64,000 nucleotides of DNA, from IMG/VR virus record IMGVR_UViG_3300028048_003124; one strand, written 5' to 3'. Both the position numbers and the translations under genes were made by a program. The DNA comes from a virus. Lineage: Duplodnaviria; Caudoviricetes. Positions 19,479-29,090 of the stretch are shown here, one piece after another (position 1 is the stretch's first letter; the number at the start of each line of letters is the position of its first letter). The notes below the pieces were generated by a model. It ran no database searches. It saw only the letters and a program-made list of their open reading frames with translations, and was not told where the DNA came from.

Positions 19479-20159
19479 ATGAAAAGAGCAAGAATTACCA
19501 TGTATCGCGAGAATATCGTCGAGGACTTAAGCATTGTTGATGACGCCATCAGCAATGGGGCTGTTTTAAACAGGGAAGAATGGTTTGACTTTGTATTTAA
19601 GATGGCTTTTGTTGGGAAGTTAAATAAAAATATTTTTAAGTATTACCTCTTTAATAAGAGGTTGGTATGGTTGGCAGAAGCGTATGCAGATGCATTACAT
19701 AGTGTAACAACTATTATCAACAATGGCTTCACCAAAACAGGGTATGAGAGAATGGTAAGCCGTGTTGCATCCAACATGAATAAGTTGGTCTACCGTAAAA
19801 ATCCTTTCACTTGTATCGGCTGTGATAGGGACGGAGTGAACTACATTAGGGTATATGCTGACGAAGAGCGCGTTGGTGTTTTTCCTGTAAGATCTAAAAA
19901 AGAAGCCGTTAAGGGAATTGTTGTATTGACTAGATATTTCTCTTCGATTGCAGATGGTGTTCCGCATGATGTAGAGTTTGTTAATTTTCTCGATGGTTTT
20001 CTTTCGGCGGAGTTGGATAGAATCCTCTTCAACGAGAGACCAACTCCGTATGTATGCTTAAATGATTCTGATAGGTTGGCTTGCCAGCTAAGTAGAGCAG
20101 GGTACAATTATTACGGAGATGAGAAAGTAATACCGATTGTACGAGCTGTTTCTTGGTAA
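19479..20159 (+). CDS. Hypothetical protein (monocistronic unit)
   Basis: AAGGAG RBS, own promoter and downstream hairpin. Confidence 0.75.
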   Translation: MKRARITMYRENIVEDLSIVDDAISNGAVLNREEWFDFVFKMAFVGKLNKNIFKYYLFNKRLVWLAEAYADALHSVTTIINNGFTKTGYERMVSRVASNMNKLVYRKNPFTCIGCDRDGVNYIRVYADEERVGVFPVRSKKEAVKGIVVLTRYFSSIADGVPHDVEFVNFLDGFLSAELDRILFNERPTPYVCLNDSDRLACQLSRAGYNYYGDEKVIPIVRAVSW

Positions 20160-20170
20160 TAAATATGTAG

Positions 20171-20210
20171 CACCTCATACAGTCGGGTAAGATTGTATGA
20201 GGTGTTTTAT
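20171..20210 (+). terminator. Hairpin/terminator containing the RBS of the next gene
   Basis: CACCTCATACAGTC / GATTGTATGAGGTG plus TTTTAT. Confidence 0.7.
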
Positions 20211-20211
20211 T

Positions 20212-21741
20212 ATGGCTAAAAATTATTCTGATGAGTTTGTAGAAGATACTTTTGAAGAAGATACTTACGATGAGTATGAAGATGATTACCCCGAGGAGTA
20301 TGATGAAGAGTATGACGAGGAATACGATGAGGATACTGAATGGTCTGAGGAAGATAGCGGTTTTGTAAGTGAAGAAGATTTAAATTATCAGGAAGATTAC
20401 GGTGATGAAGATCGTGTCGATGATATTGAGGATGCCAAAGATGCTGATGACGCTATGGCTAGAGCTCTACATATCGACAAGGGTAGTTTTTCAATATCAA
20501 TGGGTACAATTAGTATAGATGATATTGTTATTCCAACTCCTATAAAAGATAGCAGGAAAGAGACATACTTAGGTCTAATGCGGTCTGTCGAAGAGTTAGG
20601 GGTACTATACCCTATCCACGTAATGATACTAGAGGGGTATGCTGACTATGTAGAAGATAACGGTTCAGACGAGGGGTATGAGGGACCTAAGTACTTACTA
20701 CTCGATGGTCTAAGGCGTATTTTTGCGTCCAAAAAGAATGGTATAAACAGAGTTAATGCTGTTATATATGATTTTGTAGACAAAGAAAAAGGCTCCGATA
20801 TGGTAAATATACTAAGCCTTATTCTAAATAAAACACAGAGAAAGTCTTGGGCAGAAGTCTGGTATATGCAACAGGTACTTGAAGGTCAGTCTGACTTATC
20901 TCCAGGTAATGTAGAGTATCTGTTACAATTAGAACCAGGCGATGCTATGAAGTTAAAAGAGGTAATGTCGCGAAGATCTGAGTTTCCTGAACCTGCTGAG
21001 GATCTTTTAAGTAAAAAGAAAACACTACAACAGGCTTATAATATGCTAAATAAGCAAATGAAGGAGCAGGATCAGCTCGCCAAGGAAGATGTTAGTGGTG
21101 TAAGTGAGTTAGATGAGGCAGAAGGCGTGGTAGAAGAGGGTACAGATGACGGAAAATTGTCTGATGATGAAGTAAAAGAAATTCTAGATATGGAGAGTTC
21201 CTTTGAGGGTGATTTATCAGATGATGAGTTTGATGAACTAATGGGTAATAATATACCAAATGAACGTCAGACAGTTGGTGAGAGACATCCGCTTGATCCA
21301 GCATTAAGAGCAGCAGTACTTGCAAGAGATGGTTATTGTTGTCAGGTAACAGGTAGAGGAAAAGATTTACCTGCTCCTATCGCACTAAGTATACTTAATG
21401 TTCATCATAAAATACCAGTATCGGATGGTGGAGAGGATACACTTGAAAACTTAATAACGGTAGAGCTTAGTGTTCATACTTTAATTCACGTTATACAAAG
21501 AAATGGCGGCAAGTTGGGTATGTCTAAAGAAAAGTTTGATGCTCTAGATGAGGAAGAGAAGAAATTTATAACAGGTGTAATGAAGCTTGCTCGAATTGCC
21601 GTAGAAGCTGATAGACGTACTGGTAAAACTAAAGATCAGGTAAGAAAAGATACGTCAGATGCTGTTCGTTTTAAGATGCCAGGTTTAGTGCAAAGGGAGA
21701 ATATGGAAGCCATAGCTAAGGCTAAAATTAAAGAAGGTTAG
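20212..21741 (+). CDS. ParB/Srx-like N-terminal domain + HNH endonuclease fusion with acidic N-terminus
   Basis: LMRSVEELGVLYPI...LLDGLRRI (ParB-like); VLARDGYCCQV...VHHKIPVSDGGEDTLENL...H..IH (HNH); start at ATG 20212 after GAGGTG. Confidence 0.8.
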   Translation: MAKNYSDEFVEDTFEEDTYDEYEDDYPEEYDEEYDEEYDEDTEWSEEDSGFVSEEDLNYQEDYGDEDRVDDIEDAKDADDAMARALHIDKGSFSISMGTISIDDIVIPTPIKDSRKETYLGLMRSVEELGVLYPIHVMILEGYADYVEDNGSDEGYEGPKYLLLDGLRRIFASKKNGINRVNAVIYDFVDKEKGSDMVNILSLILNKTQRKSWAEVWYMQQVLEGQSDLSPGNVEYLLQLEPGDAMKLKEVMSRRSEFPEPAEDLLSKKKTLQQAYNMLNKQMKEQDQLAKEDVSGVSELDEAEGVVEEGTDDGKLSDDEVKEILDMESSFEGDLSDDEFDELMGNNIPNERQTVGERHPLDPALRAAVLARDGYCCQVTGRGKDLPAPIALSILNVHHKIPVSDGGEDTLENLITVELSVHTLIHVIQRNGGKLGMSKEKFDALDEEEKKFITGVMKLARIAVEADRRTGKTKDQVRKDTSDAVRFKMPGLVQRENMEAIAKAKIKEG

Positions 21742-21743
21742 TC

Positions 21744-21782
21744 GTACATTAAAAGTACATAGAAAGTGCATAACGAGTATGT
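21744..21782 (+). repeat. Phased direct repeats (GTRCAT, 11-bp period)
   Basis: GTACAT 21744, GTACAT 21755, GTGCAT 21766, GTATGT 21777. Confidence 0.5.
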
Positions 21783-21899
21783 TATATTGTTAAGTATTTA
21801 TGGTATATTTTCTATAAAACAGGCATAATAACAATATGTTTCAAGTTTAGGCTGTAGTACATTCATATTCGATAATAAACAACGACGGGGGTAATTAAC

Positions 21900-22688
21900 A
21901 TGATTTTTAGGACAGATGGGTTACTAACTTCTAAGGATATGCAAGATGCTTTATTTAATATATTAAGTAAAGGACTAAAGGGTGATTCAAAGTATGCATT
22001 CAAGGGAGGGTACATTGTATCTAATTTTCTAACAAAAAATATGAGGGCTACAAAGGATATAGATATGTCTGTTGTAGACAAGCAGACATATCTAAAAGTA
22101 GTGGAGTTGGTAAAGCCATTATTAGAAGAGTGGAAGGCAGAGGGGCAAATATTCGGGTATGACACCAAGCCGCCAGTAGTAACTGAAACAAAAAGAACTA
22201 GCGGTTTTGTTAAGATGTACCGTAAAACTAGTGATAATACGCCTAAAAGAAAAATTTGTGGTATAGATATAAGTGAACATAGTTTGACATTCGGTATAGT
22301 ATCTATAAACAATGGGGTAAATGTCTTTTCTGTTGAGAGAATGTTATCAGATAAGCTTGCGGTTGTTTTTTCAAATCCTGTAAAGTTAAAGAAGCGTTGT
22401 AGAGATTTGTATGATATTTATCTATTTGACCTAATAGGTGCAAAGATTGATGTAGATGTGCTAAGAAGTGGCTTAAATTATCATAACATAGATATCTTCA
22501 GTATATCGGCATTAGAGAGAATGGTTTTAACTGATATATCGGAACTATTGTATGCGTTGGAAATTATGTTAAAGGGTGGGCAGAGAGTACCATTAAATGA
22601 GAAAGGCTTGTCTACCGTAACACCAGAGGTATTAGTTTCGGAGAATATAAGAATACTTGACCTGCTAAGGAGTTGGTTTATGTGCTGA
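21900..22688 (+). CDS. AbiEii-family nucleotidyltransferase toxin
   Basis: AFKGG, RATKDID, DKL, RCRDLYDIY. Confidence 0.85.
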   Translation: MIFRTDGLLTSKDMQDALFNILSKGLKGDSKYAFKGGYIVSNFLTKNMRATKDIDMSVVDKQTYLKVVELVKPLLEEWKAEGQIFGYDTKPPVVTETKRTSGFVKMYRKTSDNTPKRKICGIDISEHSLTFGIVSINNGVNVFSVERMLSDKLAVVFSNPVKLKKRCRDLYDIYLFDLIGAKIDVDVLRSGLNYHNIDIFSISALERMVLTDISELLYALEIMLKGGQRVPLNEKGLSTVTPEVLVSENIRILDLLRSWFMC

Positions 22689-23134
22689 GATCTAGAAATC
22701 TTAAGGATATTAGTGTTTGCAATGATTATTGGTTGGATAGAATATCCAGTTTCAGTTCTATTATCGGAGAGACAGCCGCTATATACAATGGGTATTCTTA
22801 TGGAGATCCAAATAATACAATGTTATGTAGAACAAATGTAAGATGGTTAAATGGTTTCTTTACTGGATTAAGGCGTTTTGTGTATCTTGAAAATTATGAT
22901 GACGTCAAGGGTATATATAATGGTTTTCCATCAAAGGAACGAACGATTTGTGATTTCTTAATGTATCCAAAGGAATTAGGGGCAGAGCTATATCTAATTG
23001 ATACATTAAATGGGTATAGCGAGGAAAATGACGGTGATTTTAGCAAGGTCTATGAAATGATGGCAGAGCTTGGTATCGAGAGAGGTAAGCTTGACTACTG
23101 GTTAGATCATTTAGATGATTATAGTGATGAATAG
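22673..23134 (+). CDS. Putative AbiEi-like antitoxin (C-terminal domain only)
   Basis: ETAAIYNG...ERTICDFL motif; overlaps the AbiEii gene. Confidence 0.55.
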   Translation: MVYVLRSRNLKDISVCNDYWLDRISSFSSIIGETAAIYNGYSYGDPNNTMLCRTNVRWLNGFFTGLRRFVYLENYDDVKGIYNGFPSKERTICDFLMYPKELGAELYLIDTLNGYSEENDGDFSKVYEMMAELGIERGKLDYWLDHLDDYSDE

Positions 23135-23145
23135 CAGGTGTTTTT

Positions 23146-23973
23146 ATGTTATTAACTACAAATATTAGTAGTAGAGATGCTTTTTTATTGTCCTCAACTT
23201 CAAGGGGAGTACAGAAGAAATGGGTAAAGTCGGGATATTATTACAAAGCTGATACATTTGGGTATGAGTGTATATCCGAGGCACTTGCAAGTCAATTGTG
23301 TTACAATATTGCTGGTTTCAGAGAGGGTATAGACTACGCAGATTACAGCTTATGTAATATACGTCTTGATGGTGAGCTTTTGTGTGGCTGTTATAGTAAA
23401 AATTTTTTAGGTAACGGGGAGAGTATAATATCTTTTGCAAAAGTATTAGAGTCTGTATTAACAAAAGAAGATTGTCAGAGGCTGTTCTCCAACTCGAATA
23501 AAGGTAAACCCTTACTAGAGGATATTGTGTCTGTATGTTCTATGGGTACAGGTGTTAGTGAAGATGCCATTAAGTCTTATTTAGCCAGGGTGCTACAATT
23601 AGATGCTATAATTCTAAACCCTGATAGGCATCTAAATAATCTTGCATTTATACGAAGTAAGAGTGGTACTTATCGGCTTGCACCTATTTATGATAATGGG
23701 CTAGCTTTTCTTGCAGATACTATAACATTCGGCTTTGAGAGAAAGATGCAGCAAATGGTGCGGTCTGTAAAATCCAAGCCGTTTAGTAATTCATTTAAGA
23801 AACAGGTGGGCTACATTACAGATTATGGTTTATTGCCCATAAGTATAAAAGGTTTATATAATGATTTAAAAAATTATTCACCGCCTTTTAAGCATAAAGG
23901 CTATAGAAGAGCTTGTAAAGTATTAGAAATGCGATTAAAAGAATTGGAGGGTATAGCATGGAGAAGGGTGTAA
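23146..23973 (+). CDS. HipA/CtkA-like kinase (catalytic domain)
   Basis: SRGVQKKW, YKAD..GYE..SE, DRHLNN, LAPIYDNG. Confidence 0.85.
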   Translation: MLLTTNISSRDAFLLSSTSRGVQKKWVKSGYYYKADTFGYECISEALASQLCYNIAGFREGIDYADYSLCNIRLDGELLCGCYSKNFLGNGESIISFAKVLESVLTKEDCQRLFSNSNKGKPLLEDIVSVCSMGTGVSEDAIKSYLARVLQLDAIILNPDRHLNNLAFIRSKSGTYRLAPIYDNGLAFLADTITFGFERKMQQMVRSVKSKPFSNSFKKQVGYITDYGLLPISIKGLYNDLKNYSPPFKHKGYRRACKVLEMRLKELEGIAWRRV

Positions 23974-24323
23974 ATTATAGCAAGTTTCAATATTTGTATG
24001 AAGATACGATATTTGCTGATGTAACGATAAAAGATGATGGGGTATATTTTGTAAACTACGCAAATAACCCCATAGATTGTCCATTCGGTGTATCAAGGAG
24101 TCCTGTGTCAAAAGAAAAGTTAATTGCCTTTTTTAAGACACGAACAATACCTGAGACGAGAGCCAATTTGCAGGATGTGCTGGAGTCAGGAGGGTTTTTG
24201 TATTATGATGCGCCAAATCTTATAAAAAGAAACCATGGGGTAATGTCTGACGACTGCTACTGGATTAGGTTTGAGGGAGAAAACTTAACTTGGGATGACG
24301 TAAAACATTTGCGTGGGGTATAA
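23958..24323 (+). CDS. Stand-alone HipA N-terminal-like domain (HipS-like)
   Basis: FFKTRTIPETRAN...G...DDCYWIRF...TWDDV parallels the N-terminus of 29667..30818. Confidence 0.7.
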   Translation: MEKGVNYSKFQYLYEDTIFADVTIKDDGVYFVNYANNPIDCPFGVSRSPVSKEKLIAFFKTRTIPETRANLQDVLESGGFLYYDAPNLIKRNHGVMSDDCYWIRFEGENLTWDDVKHLRGV

Positions 24324-24348
24324 AGGCAAGAAGATAAATAGTTTAATT

Positions 24349-24379
24349 AAAAGCATACATATTATAATGTATGCTTTTT
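24349..24379 (+). terminator. Rho-independent terminator
   Basis: AAAAGCATACAT / ATGTATGCTTTT. Confidence 0.8.
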
Positions 24380-24509
24380 GTTTTAGAGTAGGTACACAAT
24401 TATTGACTTAAAAATTTTAATAGGTTTCTATTTATATATTAACTTAGAAGTTATTAAATAGTATGTGTTTATTTAAATCTTATTTATTTGTTATATTTGG
24501 AGATATATT

Positions 24510-25274
24510 ATGAGAAGGTTGTTGATTGGCTCATATTTTTTGGTAATTGCTTATTGTTATATGTTTCTACTTTCAGGGTGTGGTTTGCTTAACAGTAAGT
24601 TAAGCAATGAAGTAGAAACCTATGCTATAGAGACATATAGCGAAGATAGAAAAACAGAGGTATTAGAAAAAGAAGGACTATCAGAGAGCTCTTTAAACCT
24701 ATATCAACAGTCTGTTGTAGAATCTGCATTAAGTATTTTTAATTATATAGATTATAAATACCCAAACAATAATTTTAAATATATTTGTATTACCCCATCT
24801 GAGTTGTTAAATGGTAATACAGCTACTTTAGAGGTACAAAGTGAGTATGGTGTAGTAAAAGCTAAGAGAAGTTATAATGGTGAAAAGCTTGAGTTTTCGG
24901 ATAACTATGACGAAGTAAAAGCAGGGTATAGTGCTAAGGTAGATGTAGAAGAGTTTCTTTCAGAATATATACAAAAGGGTTATTTTTTCGTGAAAGTATA
25001 TCCCACAAATGGCTCGAATGAGAGCAAATGGGGTACTTGTGGTTCTATTTATTTTTATGCAGATGGTAGCAGTATATCTGTGGATGATTTCAAAGAATAT
25101 ATACAAGTATTAGAAGATTTTTCGAAGAAGTTACCAGTGAATTACGAAGTCTTTGGGTACTTAACTGTAGATAGGAATACCCTAAGTTACTATATGTTAG
25201 ACACAAAAGGTAATTATGATTCTAGAGATTTTATCTTAGAGTATAGTTTTAAAGAGTACAGTACAAAGAATTAA
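24510..25274 (+). CDS. Putative lipoprotein
   Basis: Signal peptide with LSGC lipobox. Confidence 0.65.
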   Translation: MRRLLIGSYFLVIAYCYMFLLSGCGLLNSKLSNEVETYAIETYSEDRKTEVLEKEGLSESSLNLYQQSVVESALSIFNYIDYKYPNNNFKYICITPSELLNGNTATLEVQSEYGVVKAKRSYNGEKLEFSDNYDEVKAGYSAKVDVEEFLSEYIQKGYFFVKVYPTNGSNESKWGTCGSIYFYADGSSISVDDFKEYIQVLEDFSKKLPVNYEVFGYLTVDRNTLSYYMLDTKGNYDSRDFILEYSFKEYSTKN

Positions 25275-25281
25275 GATATTA

Positions 25282-25310
25282 TTGTATAAAATACAGATTT
25301 ATGGTAAAAT
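25282..25310 (+). promoter_or_regulatory. SigA-type extended -10 promoter
   Basis: TTGTAT-N17-TAAAAT with TATGG. Confidence 0.75.
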
Positions 25311-25340
25311 ATAAACGATATAGATAGGTGGTAGTTATTT

Positions 25341-25598
25341 ATGATTAATAAAATATTGGTAGAGCAGCTAACTGTATATTATCCTGCTATATTAGAGAGA
25401 GCAAAGATGGATGGCATAAAGATTGAAACACCACTAAACAGGGTAATAAGTGACGGTGTTTTGTCTATGCGTAAAGAGTATTCTTTATCTAGCTTTGATA
25501 AAATATTATTGTTATTGAATAAGGCAGGTTTTATATGGGAAGTATGGGGTAATAATTACTTCACATACACAATAGTAATAAGAGGGTACTTAGCTTAA
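25341..25598 (+). CDS. Hypothetical protein
   Basis: 85-aa ORF after promoter, AGGTGG RBS. Confidence 0.65.
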   Translation: MINKILVEQLTVYYPAILERAKMDGIKIETPLNRVISDGVLSMRKEYSLSSFDKILLLLNKAGFIWEVWGNNYFTYTIVIRGYLA

Positions 25599-25617
25599 AT
25601 AAAAAGGGGTTGTAAAT

Positions 25618-26058
25618 TTGAAAAGGATTTCAAAAGATAAGTATTATTTAAATATCGCTTTTGCTGTATGTAAGAGGTCTAATTGTCTTAAGAGGCATTA
25701 TGGTGCAGTAATTGTAAAAGATGATGTCATAGTAGCTACAGGGTACAATGGATCACCAAGAGGAGAGGAAAACTGCTGTGATGTAGGTTTTTGTAATAGG
25801 TTATCTGTGCCGAGTAATTATGGTGATTATTCGGGATGTCATTCAGTACATGCTGAGCAGAATGCTTTACTTGCCACAGATAGGTCTAAGCTGATAGGAG
25901 CTACGCTTTATCTTGCAGGTGAAGAATATCTTGAAGATATGATATACGATGTTGGTTTTGTTTATAAAAGGATGGATAAATGTGTACCTTGTCCTATCTG
26001 CAAGAGAATGATAGATAATGCTGGTATAGCAAGGGTTGTAGGTGAGTTAAATGAGTAA
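25618..26058 (+). CDS. dCMP deaminase (ComEB/cytidine deaminase family)
   Basis: RSNC..R.YGAVIV, TGYNG.P, HAEQNA, PCPIC. Confidence 0.9.
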   Translation: MKRISKDKYYLNIAFAVCKRSNCLKRHYGAVIVKDDVIVATGYNGSPRGEENCCDVGFCNRLSVPSNYGDYSGCHSVHAEQNALLATDRSKLIGATLYLAGEEYLEDMIYDVGFVYKRMDKCVPCPICKRMIDNAGIARVVGELNE

Positions 26059-26416
26059 TGTCTTTGAAAACAAACCACTGTTAACAGAATTAATGAAGGG
26101 CGAAGAGGGTAAGTTAACCTCTTTGGTAGATGATATAAAAGCTGTATCTTGGTGCTTTGAGGATAATCCTAACAAAGTGGCAGGCGGTTATATAAAAGTA
26201 ACAATGTATTGCTACTTTAATGTTTATAAGGATATAAAAACTGTAGAGGAGTATTTTCATATATTCTTGAGAAGCACAAGATCTAACAAATACGTTGGTG
26301 TTAAGAGTTTCGTGTATTGGAAATTCATAGGGAATAACACAGGTATTGCTAAAGAGATATTAAACTTGATCGAAAATAGTGGAACTGATGGAAGCTATAT
26401 GGTAACTATATGGTAA
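26051..26416 (+). CDS. Hypothetical protein
   Basis: ORF overlapping the upstream stop. Confidence 0.65.
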   Translation: MSNVFENKPLLTELMKGEEGKLTSLVDDIKAVSWCFEDNPNKVAGGYIKVTMYCYFNVYKDIKTVEEYFHIFLRSTRSNKYVGVKSFVYWKFIGNNTGIAKEILNLIENSGTDGSYMVTIW

Positions 26417-26437
26417 TTAATAATAAATAGGTGGAGG

Positions 26438-27346
26438 TTGTTTATGTTTGTCACTGATATAAAAGAAGATTACGGTATGTTAGGGTTGCCTGAAAGATTT
26501 GCCGATATACTACCAGAGTTTTGTGATACTTGTGGTGCACCAATGGAGATTAGTGATACGTTGACTGGGTTGCATTGCAGTAATCCAAGATGCAGCAATA
26601 AAATGGTAATGAGGATAAGAACTCTGTGCCAAGACTTAGGTATTCTGCGTTTTGGAGAGAGTACTATAGAGAAGTTCATAGATTATTATGGACCAACAAG
26701 CCCCATGGATATATTTGAACTGGAAGAGGGTATGTGCTTAGCTCCTGATGTATCTCCAAAAATCTCCGCTGATGTCATATCTCAGATTAAGAAAAGCCGT
26801 AAGATGCAGTTATGGGAGTATGTAATGTTCTCTAACATACCTTTCGTAAGGACGTCAGCAATGAAGATCTTCTCAGGGTACAAGACTATTGAAGATGCTT
26901 TTGCAGATATCGAATCAGGGGGTATTGCCTTTATCCAGAAAAAGTTAGACTTATCTGATTTAACGGTATCTGTTCAGGCTATAAAGGTGTACAACAGTCT
27001 TATGGAGTATAAGGATGATCTAATTGCAGGTGTAAAAGACGTAGAGATAATTGATATGTCTGATAAAATTACACTAAAGGTAGTATGCTCTGATCAAGTA
27101 GGTGGTAGGTTTAATAAGAAAGCTGAGTTTTATGCCTATGTAAACAATACTTTTGCAGATAAACTACATTGTGACTTCTTGCCGAGTGTCAATAAAAATA
27201 TTGACTATCTTGTATGGGCAGGGGCTGACGGCTCAGCAGCAAGATATACAAGTAAGGTAAAGAAGGTAGAAGGGTATAACGCAAAAGGTTGTAACATACC
27301 TATTGTAACAGCTGAGCAGTTCATAAAGATTGTTGAAGATCTTTAA
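26438..27346 (+). CDS. NAD-dependent DNA ligase C-terminal half (Zn finger, HhH, BRCT-like)
   Basis: PEFCDTCG...CSNPRC, LGILRFGESTIEK, IPFV...A, SVNKNIDYLV...SKVKK...IPIVTAEQF. Confidence 0.8.
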   Translation: MFMFVTDIKEDYGMLGLPERFADILPEFCDTCGAPMEISDTLTGLHCSNPRCSNKMVMRIRTLCQDLGILRFGESTIEKFIDYYGPTSPMDIFELEEGMCLAPDVSPKISADVISQIKKSRKMQLWEYVMFSNIPFVRTSAMKIFSGYKTIEDAFADIESGGIAFIQKKLDLSDLTVSVQAIKVYNSLMEYKDDLIAGVKDVEIIDMSDKITLKVVCSDQVGGRFNKKAEFYAYVNNTFADKLHCDFLPSVNKNIDYLVWAGADGSAARYTSKVKKVEGYNAKGCNIPIVTAEQFIKIVEDL

Positions 27347-27416
27347 GATGTAGTGTCTTATTTACAGTTAACTAGGATAAATGATTTAATAATAGAGAGG
27401 GCGTAAGAGTTTAATT

Positions 27417-28013
27417 ATGGTATCTATAACAAATAAGCGTGATTTTGCATGGTTGCTGTATCTTGTAAACGAGTGTAAGTCCGATGAGATTCTTGCTAAT
27501 GATATGTGGGATATTTTTGAGGGTTTGGTTATGTATGCATCAGACTTTATGGGTGACGCTGTAACTATAAAGAGTTACCAAATAAAAAGAAGAAGGAACA
27601 AGGTGCGTTTGGTAATGAACCCAGGGTATGTAGATATGCTAATATCCTCTATACATGGTGGTAAAGAACTCTGTTATATGAGCATATATCCTAGTAAAAT
27701 AGATATAAAATTTCCAACAGTTACAAATTCTACGCTAACGCCAAAAGCTGATTTAATGTGGCTAATAGATATCTTAGAGGGTATCTATGAGGATGGTGTT
27801 GATTACCTTAAGGCTTTTAAGATTAAAGAGTCGAATTCCAGCTATGGTATCAGTCCTATAGTAAAGGCATCTACTTTGCTAAAGAGAATGATGTTTTCGG
27901 AAGGCAAGACTTTAGGGTTTTCAGTAGAATTTTTACAAAATCAGGGGTTCACCGATAAAGTTATTTACAATGCTATATGCAACGTACTTAAAGAAACAAG
28001 TTATGTAGAATGA
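27417..28013 (+). CDS. Hypothetical protein, conserved C-terminal module family (member 1)
   Basis: Ends GFTDKVIYNAICNVLKETSYVE. Confidence 0.75.
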   Translation: MVSITNKRDFAWLLYLVNECKSDEILANDMWDIFEGLVMYASDFMGDAVTIKSYQIKRRRNKVRLVMNPGYVDMLISSIHGGKELCYMSIYPSKIDIKFPTVTNSTLTPKADLMWLIDILEGIYEDGVDYLKAFKIKESNSSYGISPIVKASTLLKRMMFSEGKTLGFSVEFLQNQGFTDKVIYNAICNVLKETSYVE

Positions 28014-28023
28014 GGTGTTTTAA

Positions 28024-28776
28024 TTGGGATTAAACAAAAGTAGTATAAGAAAATATGACTCGATAGTGTATAACCTGAAAAATACTAAAGAGTTATCAGA
28101 GGTTGTTAAAGATAGTATCTTAGAGGTACTTACAAGTATAGTTGACTATTTTGAGCTAAGAGATAGCTTAAAAGATGGTATTTGTATAACGGATATATCT
28201 TTAAGAGATGTTGGTGAGAGCTTCAGACTAAAGGTATGTGGATATGCAGGACCGAGTGTTAATGAAGATGGAACTGGTAATGATTTGGAAGAGTGCAGTG
28301 TAACTGTCTATTTAAAACCAACAGATTTGAGTATTCTGATCGGTGATTTACAGAAAGCAGAGGTAACTGTAAGTGGGGATTTATACCCTTATGATGGTGA
28401 TATAGGTGTAAACCTTGTCCCAGATGCTAGCATAAAAGAGACTCTAGAGTGGTGTATTAATGCTTTGGAGAATTACGGAAAACCAGTAATGGGTATTGAT
28501 TTTCATGTAACGGGTATTAACGAGACTAGTTATTCTGTTGATTATGAGAAGCCTTTTACTGAAACACATACTGAGGTAGATTGGAACAGAGAGGAGCATT
28601 TCGGTGCTTCGGCTGAGGCTTGGATAGATGTTAAGTTGGCATTAAATGATGTAGAAGCGGAAGAGGCTATAAAAAAGGGTGACTTTATCTTTGGCACCCA
28701 TGTAGTTAAAGAAAAAGAAACAGATGATAAAACTGCTGTAGGCGCAGAGTACTTATACATTGAGTTAAACGGGTAA
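28024..28776 (+). CDS. Hypothetical acidic protein
   Basis: GAGGTG RBS, 250-aa ORF. Confidence 0.7.
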   Translation: MGLNKSSIRKYDSIVYNLKNTKELSEVVKDSILEVLTSIVDYFELRDSLKDGICITDISLRDVGESFRLKVCGYAGPSVNEDGTGNDLEECSVTVYLKPTDLSILIGDLQKAEVTVSGDLYPYDGDIGVNLVPDASIKETLEWCINALENYGKPVMGIDFHVTGINETSYSVDYEKPFTETHTEVDWNREEHFGASAEAWIDVKLALNDVEAEEAIKKGDFIFGTHVVKEKETDDKTAVGAEYLYIELNG

Positions 28777-28790
28777 GGGGTGGATTTGGC

Positions 28791-29072
28791 TTGAAACAGT
28801 TTATATTAAGAAAACTTATAAGATGGGACAATGGTCGTATTTATGCAGTAGAGGTGCCTGTTCAGTTTAAGGTTGTTGTTGCACCAAACGCTGTTAAAGC
28901 TTGTAGTATGTTGGTATCAGAGGCAAATAATTTTAAAAGGAAACCAGCAAATAGAAGTATAAACCCAGGAGAAGGTTGTGCAGAGATAGAGAACATTTAC
29001 AATGGTCATAAATCTTATATAATGTTCGATTGTTTAGATTATGAGGAAGTTCGAAGTATATTTTTGAGGTAA
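28791..29072 (+). CDS. Hypothetical protein
   Basis: GGGGTG RBS, TTG start. Confidence 0.65.
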   Translation: MKQFILRKLIRWDNGRIYAVEVPVQFKVVVAPNAVKACSMLVSEANNFKRKPANRSINPGEGCAEIENIYNGHKSYIMFDCLDYEEVRSIFLR

Positions 29073-29090
29073 AGAGGTGTGTAGTAGTTA

